NCBI GenBank assembly: GCA_964368535.1
Contig: CAYJBC010000001.1
Span: 9,800 to 59,999, forward strand
Source: an uncultured Muribaculaceae bacterium
Lineage (GTDB): Bacteria; Bacillota_I; Bacilli_A; RF39; UBA660
Direction: 5' to 3'
Length of the DNA: 50,200 nucleotides
A program made the position numbers and the translations under genes. Shown here piece by piece: positions 44,352-50,200 of this stretch (within the stretch, counting starts at the first letter, position 1; every line of letters begins with the position of its first letter). The notes under the pieces are model-generated. The model searched no databases, was not told the DNA's origin, and saw only the letters and a list, made by a program, of their open reading frames with translations.

Positions 44352-44501
44352 TTATTTTTTCTTAACTGTTTTTTTCTTTTTAGCTGCAGGTTTAGATACT
44401 TTTTTTACACTAACACTTTCTCTTCCTGCTTTATATGCAACCATAATTCCTATTAATATTACTATTAATATTATTATAAATTCAATAAAATCACTCCACA
44501 T
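44352..44501 (-). CDS. 49-aa small membrane protein with a Lys-rich tail (not in the supplied ORF track)
   Basis: My own translation gives MWSDFIEFIIILIVILIGIMVAYKAGRESVSVKKVSKPAAKKKKTVKKK*. A strong SD (AGGAGTG) lies 8 nt upstream of the ATG at 44501. A weak hairpin and T-run follow. Confidence 0.5.
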   Translation of the reverse strand: MWSDFIEFIIILIVILIGIMVAYKAGRESVSVKKVSKPAAKKKKTVKKK

Positions 44502-44584
44502 AAAATATCACTCCTATGATATTAGTATAACACATAATATATTATTTATTTTAATCAATTTATACCATTTACATATTATTTACT

Positions 44585-44935
44585 ATGGATAATAATACGT
44601 ATAAAGAATTTTGTAATCAAGACTATAAATCTTTAAGTGATTTATTATTTTCTCTTGATCCTTACACTTTTACTTTATTAGGTACAACTCTTGGTTTTGG
44701 TATCGCTACTACTTTGACTGTTAATCAACAAAATTCACTGGGTAATTTTTTTAGTTTAATTGGACAAATACTACAAACATTAAATGCTCAAGATTTAACA
44801 GTTTCACAGGCACCGAGAAACTTTTCTGATTTTAAACCTTATTTGCAAAAAGATACATTAGAGGATGAAGTAAAATATATAAAAGAAGAAATTCTTAAAA
44901 TAATTAATGAAACTTATGGGAATGACAAAATATAA
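44585..44935 (+). CDS. Hypothetical protein
   Basis: 116-aa ORF with a central hydrophobic segment (FTLLGTTLGFGIATTL) and a charged C-terminus. No convincing SD precedes the ATG. Flanked by a hairpin at 44936-44957. Confidence 0.4.
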   Translation: MDNNTYKEFCNQDYKSLSDLLFSLDPYTFTLLGTTLGFGIATTLTVNQQNSLGNFFSLIGQILQTLNAQDLTVSQAPRNFSDFKPYLQKDTLEDEVKYIKEEILKIINETYGNDKI

Positions 44936-44957
44936 AAACTACTATTACTAGTAGTTT
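44936..44957. terminator. Convergent-gene hairpin
   Basis: 9-bp stem AAACTACTA/TAGTAGTTT with a 4-nt loop. Only short T-runs on either strand. Confidence 0.4.
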
Positions 44958-45339
44958 AAGGCTCCATCATATGTATATATACATTTTTTAAATTTGTTTT
45001 CTTTTGATCATTCATTCTTACAAAATTAAGTTGTAGTGGATAACCACTATCTAAACTAAGTAATATTTGAGCATTATTAAACCCAAATCCAATTGCTGAC
45101 GTTGAAATTGATTTATAGGGAATTATATGTGTTTTTTTAAGTGTTGAAAGTGGATTTTTATCAAACAACACCATTCTTTTAGTTGTAAATATCCCATAGT
45201 CTCTCGCCGTTTTGTAAGCAACCATCACTTTTTCTGAATCACTTATATAATCTAATACATATTTTGGTAAATCATCAGATGAAATTTCTGTTTCAAAGTT
45301 AAAATACTTTGTTAATTCTTTATATTTTATATACGCCAT
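44956..45339 (-). CDS. Bacterial PH-domain-like protein (YokE-like), function unknown
   Basis: 127 aa. EKVMVAYKTARDYGIFTTKRMVLFDKN resembles bacterial PH (bPH) domain proteins. The assignment is tentative. Confidence 0.4.
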   Translation of the reverse strand: MAYIKYKELTKYFNFETEISSDDLPKYVLDYISDSEKVMVAYKTARDYGIFTTKRMVLFDKNPLSTLKKTHIIPYKSISTSAIGFGFNNAQILLSLDSGYPLQLNFVRMNDQKKTNLKNVYIHMMEP

Positions 45340-45348
45340 TTTTACTCC

Positions 45349-46824
45349 TTAATTATCCTTTGGTTTCATAAGTGGGAACATCACACATTCTCTTATAGGT
45401 CTATCCATTAACATTGAGAAAAATCTTTCCGATAAACCAAATCCGAATGCTGGAGGCATACCATATTCTAAAGCTTCGATAAATTCTGCATCATGTGCAT
45501 GTGCATCTTCATCTCCCTCTTCAGCCATTTTTCTTTGCTCTAAAAATCTACTTTCTAAGTCATCTGCATTATTCAGTTCAGAATACCCATTACCCATTTC
45601 TGAACCTGCAAGTATTACTTGAAACTGTGCTACTTTTCTAGGGTCTTCTTCTAATCTTTTCGGAAGAGGATTTAATTCAACTGGTTGACCTACTAAGAAT
45701 CCTGGTCCACCTAAATTTTTTCTAACTACTTTCCATAATATATCAACAAGTCTCCAGTAAGGAATATTTTTATCATATTCAACACTAGCTTTATCAAGAG
45801 CTTCACATACTTCCTCTTTTGTAGAATTATATATATCTACTCCAGTACCTTCTTTAATTACTGTTTCAAAATCGTATATTTTCCATTCTGCATCCATATC
45901 TATATCGAAACCTTTTGATGTAAATACACTAGTGCCCATAACTGCTTTTACTACTTTACGATACATTTCTTTTATGAAATCCATACCCATTTTATAATCA
46001 GCATATGCCCAGTAAAATTCCATTTGTGTATAATCTTGTAAATGTTCAGGACTCATTCCTTCATTTCTAAATTGTCTACCTATTTCAAAAGTTCTCTCAT
46101 AACCAGCAACTAATAATTTTTTTTGCCATAATTCTCCCATTGAAATTCTAAGGAACACATCTAAGTCAAGTGCATTATGATGAGTAGAAAATGGTGTTGC
46201 TGCAGCTCCACCAGTACAATTTTCTAAAATTGGTGTTTCTACTTCTAAAAATTTATTTTCTATCAAATAATTTCTAATTGTTGACCAGAATATTTGTTTT
46301 TTGAAAAATATATCTTTTACTTCAGGATCCATAATTATATCTAAATATCTTTTTCTTAATTTAATTTCTGGGTCGGCTATACCATGAAATTTATCTGGAA
46401 GAGGCTTTAAAGCTTTTACTAAATGAGTAAATTTACTAGCGTGAACTGATAATTCACCAGTATTTGTTTTCATAACAGTTCCTTCAATACCTACGATGTC
46501 TCCTAAATCAGAATCATCAAATATAAGGTAATTTTCTTCACCTACATCATCTAATTTAATATAAACTTGAATTTGACCATCTCTATCTTGCACATGAAAA
46601 AAACCAACTTTTCCTTTTCCTCTTTTAGTCATAATTCTTCCTGCTATAACAACTGGAATATTCATTTCATGTAATTCTTCTTTTGTTTTATTTTCATATG
46701 TATCTTTTAACTCTTTAGAATTAGTTGTAACATCAAAACGTGTTCCAAATGGATTTATACCTTTAGATACAAGTGTGCCTACTTTTTCTCTTCTAACTAG
46801 TTCTTGTTCTGTAAATTCTCTCAT
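45349..46824 (-). CDS. lysS: Lysine--tRNA ligase (class II)
   Basis: 491 aa. OB anticodon-binding domain, FLEVETP, FEIGRQFRNEG, GFGLSERF. Confidence 0.96.
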   Translation of the reverse strand: MREFTEQELVRREKVGTLVSKGINPFGTRFDVTTNSKELKDTYENKTKEELHEMNIPVVIAGRIMTKRGKGKVGFFHVQDRDGQIQVYIKLDDVGEENYLIFDDSDLGDIVGIEGTVMKTNTGELSVHASKFTHLVKALKPLPDKFHGIADPEIKLRKRYLDIIMDPEVKDIFFKKQIFWSTIRNYLIENKFLEVETPILENCTGGAAATPFSTHHNALDLDVFLRISMGELWQKKLLVAGYERTFEIGRQFRNEGMSPEHLQDYTQMEFYWAYADYKMGMDFIKEMYRKVVKAVMGTSVFTSKGFDIDMDAEWKIYDFETVIKEGTGVDIYNSTKEEVCEALDKASVEYDKNIPYWRLVDILWKVVRKNLGGPGFLVGQPVELNPLPKRLEEDPRKVAQFQVILAGSEMGNGYSELNNADDLESRFLEQRKMAEEGDEDAHAHDAEFIEALEYGMPPAFGFGLSERFFSMLMDRPIRECVMFPLMKPKDN

Positions 46825-46895
46825 TATAAAAACTCCTTTTCATTTAATATACTTAATTTTACCATGTTTAGACTAAAAATATCAAGAGAATTGTT

Positions 46896-48080
46896 TTATA
46901 GTTTGTGAATATTCTTTTTTGACAATAATCTCTTTTTTACTTCACTAACAAACTTTTCACTATCTAAATCATTATCTTGACTTAATTGAGATACTACTTT
47001 ATAAAAATTACTATTTCTCATTGATTTAAGCATTTCTTCTGCTGCATCCCCACGCATTTTATCCCATAAACCTATAAGTCCCTCACGACTTAAATGATCC
47101 ATATTTTTAGTCATAACCTTAATTTGAGCAATTTGTCCATCTTCTAAAATAATTTTACTATGTATTGCTTTATAGTTACTTATCTCTTCACTTTGTATAT
47201 AATCTGTAAAAGTTCCAGTTACAAATGGAAATAATTTTTTAAAATAATATATTGTTTCATAACATTCCTCTATTTCATTAACTAATATTTTAAATGAAAA
47301 TAAATCATGCATATTATTAATTGTTATACCATCTTCTAATTTTAAATATGTCCTATATATACTTTTTGTTCTTAGGTCAATCTCTGATTCAGGAATATTA
47401 CTAAATTCCATTGTGTACTTTAAAAACATTTTAATTTCTCTTAATTTATCTATGTTTTCATTTTTCAATAAATATATATCTTCATATGTTCCAACAAAAT
47501 TTTTATAGTCAATATATTTAAACGATAGATCCTCTAATATTCTTTTGATATGATATGATCCTAAATAGTAAGCTACAGGAGCATACACTTCCATAGTTTG
47601 AAGAGCAATTCTTTTTTGTTTTTCCTCACTTAAATACATAAGCGTTTCCATATTGTGTAATCTATCGAATAATTTTATTATTAATATTCTTACATCATTA
47701 ACCCCACTAAGTAGTAGTTTTTTAGTGTTTCTTGCATTCTTTTCAACTCTAGAAATACTCGTTAATTCAGATGCTTTTGTTACCCCATATACTAAATGTG
47801 CGATCTCATCATTAAAATCTTTTGCTAAATTTTCATATGTACAAGATGTATCCTCTAAAACATCATGTAAAAGCGCTGCACAAATTGTGTTTTTATCAGC
47901 CTTTACTTCAGCTAATTTTATCGCTACTGCTAGAGGATGAATAATATAATCATCTCCATTTGCTCTTTTTTGATTCCCATGAAAAATTTTAGCATAATGA
48001 AATGCTTTAAGAATATAAGGTAATTCTTCTTCATTATACTCTTTAATTATGGAACTTAATTTTTCTATGGTATACTGCAT
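46896..48080 (-). CDS. RelA/SpoT-homologue made of the N-terminal half only: intact HD (p)ppGpp-hydrolase motifs, degenerate synthetase-like domain, no TGS/ACT region
   Basis: Start at ATG 48080 (MQYTIEKL) behind AAAGGAAA. Hydrolase motifs: FHGNQKRANGDDYIIHPLAVA, ALLHDVLEDT, KLFDRLHNMETL, EVYAPVAYYLG. Synthetase-like region: RTKSIYRTYLKL, HDLFSFKILV, TFTDYIQSEEISNYKAIHS, QIKVMT. The ORF ends about 390 aa in. Confidence 0.72.
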   Translation of the reverse strand: MQYTIEKLSSIIKEYNEEELPYILKAFHYAKIFHGNQKRANGDDYIIHPLAVAIKLAEVKADKNTICAALLHDVLEDTSCTYENLAKDFNDEIAHLVYGVTKASELTSISRVEKNARNTKKLLLSGVNDVRILIIKLFDRLHNMETLMYLSEEKQKRIALQTMEVYAPVAYYLGSYHIKRILEDLSFKYIDYKNFVGTYEDIYLLKNENIDKLREIKMFLKYTMEFSNIPESEIDLRTKSIYRTYLKLEDGITINNMHDLFSFKILVNEIEECYETIYYFKKLFPFVTGTFTDYIQSEEISNYKAIHSKIILEDGQIAQIKVMTKNMDHLSREGLIGLWDKMRGDAAEEMLKSMRNSNFYKVVSQLSQDNDLDSEKFVSEVKKRLLSKKNIHKL

Positions 48081-48177
48081 AATATTTCCTTTCATATATT
48101 GTAACAAATATGTCTAATTTGTCAAGGTTATAAATATATTAACTTGATAATTTTTACTATTATTATCTGATTTCTTT

Positions 48178-48186
48178 TGATATAAT
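48178..48186 (+). promoter_or_regulatory. Perfect extended -10 element (TGaTATAAT) 6 nt upstream of the GH25 start codon
   Basis: TGATATAAT at 48178-48186, then GTACCT, then ATG at 48193. No SD is present. Confidence 0.45.
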
Positions 48187-48192
48187 GTACCT

Positions 48193-49392
48193 ATGAAGAA
48201 GAAAGTTTTAATTATAGCCATTTTAGTATTATTAAGTGGCGGTACTATACTTTATTTTTATAGTAGAGATAATAATACAATACTTGATGCATCTGAAAGT
48301 AATGCTATCATTACTTACGATGAAAATCTTTCATTTGAGTTTTACGAAAATGCACTAGCAAGTGAGCATGTAGAAATTGAAAATGGAGAGATAAAAGATT
48401 TAACTACTATCTTAGATACTACAAAACTAGGAGAAACTAAATTTGAATTAATTTATGAAAGTGAAGGAAAAGATTACAAGATTAATATAAATTACACAGT
48501 TGTAGATACTACTGCTCCACTTGTTTTAAACAGTGGTTCATATACTTATAAAGTTGGTAGTGATATAAATCTAGTAGAAAAAATATTTTGTGCTGATAAT
48601 CACGATAGCAAACCAAATTGTGAAATAATTGGTGATTATGATTTTAATGTTAGCGGTTCATATGCTTTACAATTAAGTGCAACTGATTCATCTGGCAATA
48701 ATACAACAAAAGATTTTAATTTATATATTAAAGATTACATTGCGCCTGTTACTTATTCAGAACCTGAAAAATTACCAATTGAAGATGTTATATCTAAACA
48801 TAAAACTGATGATACAAGAATTGGGATTGATGTATCTAGATGGCAAGAAGAAATTAACTGGCAAAAAGTAAAAGATGCTGGAGTTGAATTTGCAATTCTT
48901 AGAATTGGCTATGGATGGGATGAAGAACATACATTAGATCCTATGTTTGAAGAATATTTTGAAGGAGCTTCAGAAGTAGGTCTTGATATAGGTATTTATT
49001 ATTATAGTTATGCAAATAGTATTGAAGAAGCAAAACACGCTGCTAACTGGATTGTAGATACATTAGATGGTAGAGAGCTTGACTTACCTATTTCATTTGA
49101 CTGGGAAGAATGGAGCGAATTTAATACTTATGAAATAAGTTTAACTGAACTAAATTATATGGCAATTGAATTTATTAAAATAGTCGAAGATGCTGGATAT
49201 GATGGAATGAATTATGGCAGCGCTAATTATTTGAGAAATATATGGGATGTACCACAGTACCCTACTTGGCTTGCTCATTATGTGGATGAAACTTCTTATG
49301 AAGGTGACTATTATATGTGGCAATTAACAAATACTGGATTAATAGATGGTATTAATACTGATGTTGATATAAATGTTTTATATGAAAATTAA
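48193..49392 (+). CDS. Membrane-anchored GH25 muramidase (lysozyme) with an N-terminal Ig-like region
   Basis: 399 aa. N-terminal TM. GIDVSRWQEEINWQKVKDAGVEFAILRIGYG is the GH25 N-terminal signature. The C-terminus ...DGINTDVDINVLYEN fits the end of a GH25 domain. Confidence 0.85.
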   Translation: MKKKVLIIAILVLLSGGTILYFYSRDNNTILDASESNAIITYDENLSFEFYENALASEHVEIENGEIKDLTTILDTTKLGETKFELIYESEGKDYKININYTVVDTTAPLVLNSGSYTYKVGSDINLVEKIFCADNHDSKPNCEIIGDYDFNVSGSYALQLSATDSSGNNTTKDFNLYIKDYIAPVTYSEPEKLPIEDVISKHKTDDTRIGIDVSRWQEEINWQKVKDAGVEFAILRIGYGWDEEHTLDPMFEEYFEGASEVGLDIGIYYYSYANSIEEAKHAANWIVDTLDGRELDLPISFDWEEWSEFNTYEISLTELNYMAIEFIKIVEDAGYDGMNYGSANYLRNIWDVPQYPTWLAHYVDETSYEGDYYMWQLTNTGLIDGINTDVDINVLYEN

Positions 49393-49415
49393 AATGAGTT
49401 TTAAACTCATTTTTT
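49391..49415. terminator. Bidirectional terminator between the GH25 and NUDIX genes
   Basis: 10-bp stem AAAATGAGTT/AACTCATTTT with a 3-nt loop and T-runs on both strands. Confidence 0.6.
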
Positions 49416-49929
49416 ATTTACAAAATTTTTTTAACTCACGTACAACTTCAAGTATTTCTTTATATACTAGTATATTCTTAGGATTTAACTTTTCTGTTTC
49501 TTTTAATTTTATTTCTATATCATTTAAAGGAATATATTCTAATTTAAAATCGCTATACTTTTCATATTCATCTAATGATAAATTATTTAAATCATATTTT
49601 TCATCAGTATTAATTAGATAATAATTAAGTTCTGTATATCTATTAGTTCCTTCGCATGGATAATTTTTACTGTGATGTTGTATTTGATATATTATTGGAT
49701 ATATATCCTCTTTTAATATTATTCCAGTTTCTTCTCTTATTTCTCTTTTAAGAGTATCCATTAAAGTTTCGCCTTCTTCAACGTGACCTCCAGGAAATTG
49801 ATATGTATTTTCACAAAAAACCATCAATAATTCTTTTTTAGAATTTAATATTAGTGCTCTAGATCTTAATACAATTTCTGTAATGTCTTCTTTTGATAAA
49901 TTAAATTTATTATTAATTTTTTGTTTCAT
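49414..49929 (-). CDS. NUDIX hydrolase
   Basis: Start at ATG 49929 (MKQKINNKF) behind GAGGTG. Nudix box GGHVEEGETLMDTLKREIREETGI. Confidence 0.85.
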   Translation of the reverse strand: MKQKINNKFNLSKEDITEIVLRSRALILNSKKELLMVFCENTYQFPGGHVEEGETLMDTLKREIREETGIILKEDIYPIIYQIQHHSKNYPCEGTNRYTELNYYLINTDEKYDLNNLSLDEYEKYSDFKLEYIPLNDIEIKLKETEKLNPKNILVYKEILEVVRELKKFCK

Positions 49930-50084
49930 ATACACCTCACATAATAAATATAACATAAATTTTACATCAAATAAACTATATATTAATTATAATCCAGATA
50001 TTCCAATACGAACACAATAATAATTGTACACTTATAGTATATTACTTTTCAATCTTATATAATTGTTTTTAAGTGGTGATGTTT

Positions 50085-50200
50085 ATGAAAGAACAAGATA
50101 AAGTTATTATTGCTAAACTTATTTTAAAAATAACTTTTATAATGATATTTATAAGTGTAGGAATTAAATTACTAGGTTTTAATTTATTTGATGCAGACTA
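50085..50200 (+). CDS. Partial ORF (5' end only), probable membrane protein
   Basis: ATG at 50085 behind GGTGAT. MKEQDKVIIAKLILKITFIMIFISVGIKLLGFNLFDAD... runs off the window. Confidence 0.3.
   Translation, partial: MKEQDKVIIAKLILKITFIMIFISVGIKLLGFNLFDAD

Noticed and set aside
44585-44935. Assigning the 116-aa ORF to a clostridial small-protein family (a motif like ..LG.....IGQIL..L.AQ)
   Set aside because: I have only a vague recollection of similar proteins and no solid motif, so it stays hypothetical.
1-50200. Alternative genetic code (UGA=Trp, Mollicutes-like), suggested by the extreme AT-richness
   Set aside because: TGA is used as a functional stop in at least five ATGA overlaps: 21916, 34260, 39216, 39977 and 41200. 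All conserved proteins translate at full length with code 11. Sporulation genes also argue against Mollicutes.
1-50200. CRISPR arrays, rRNA or tRNA genes, transposases, integrases and prophage remnants
   Set aside because: No regularly spaced direct repeats, no tRNA-like cloverleaf regions in the short intergenic spacers, and no recognisable recombinase ORFs. The repetitiveness at 24-43 kb is protein-level paralogy.

Overview
About 50 kb of a very AT-rich chromosome (GC looks well under 30% by eye) from a spore-forming Bacillota (Firmicutes). Almost every gene is on the minus strand. The standard bacterial code applies, because TGA acts as the stop codon in several ATGA stop/start overlaps.

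Housekeeping and sporulation backbone:
- Translation and tRNA genes: der, engB, rpsT, miaA, tmcAL(ylbM), glyQS, valS (behind a T-box leader) and lysS.
- Envelope, division and other core genes: rseP, cdsA, divIVA-like, sepF, tdk and pyk.
- The conserved Firmicute block yqfC-yqfD-(vanZ)-ybeY-dgkA-era-yqzL-recO.
- Sporulation genes: spoIIP, yqxA-like and spoVIF-like.
- Other: an RSH (RelA/SpoT homologue) protein made only of the N-terminal half, a GH25 muramidase and a NUDIX hydrolase.

Most interesting content: an accessory block at about 23.9-42.8 kb holds six divergent paralogs, called P1-P6 here.
- Each has a Lys-rich, hydrophobic N-terminus ending in S-F-A-Y/F-F and a conserved N-module of about 210 aa. 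I infer this module is TasA/camelysin-like, that is, a SipW-type secreted fibre subunit. This is not demonstrated.
- The N-module is fused to one of two alternative Cys-containing C-terminal modules, both ending RPV..L....G.G....P[FY].
- P4-P3-P2-P1 form a tandem operon.
- P6 is translationally coupled, through three consecutive ATGA overlaps, to an O-antigen-ligase-family membrane protein, a GT2 glycosyltransferase and UDP-glucose 6-dehydrogenase. This suggests a dedicated glycosylation module.
- P6, P5 and a two-gene WG-like-repeat operon each carry the same 32-nt promoter/leader box.
- A more distant relative of the C-module heads an envelope operon at 15-18.6 kb.

I saw no rRNA, tRNA, CRISPR array, transposase or integrase. 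All family assignments come from motif recognition by eye and need HMM or structural confirmation.
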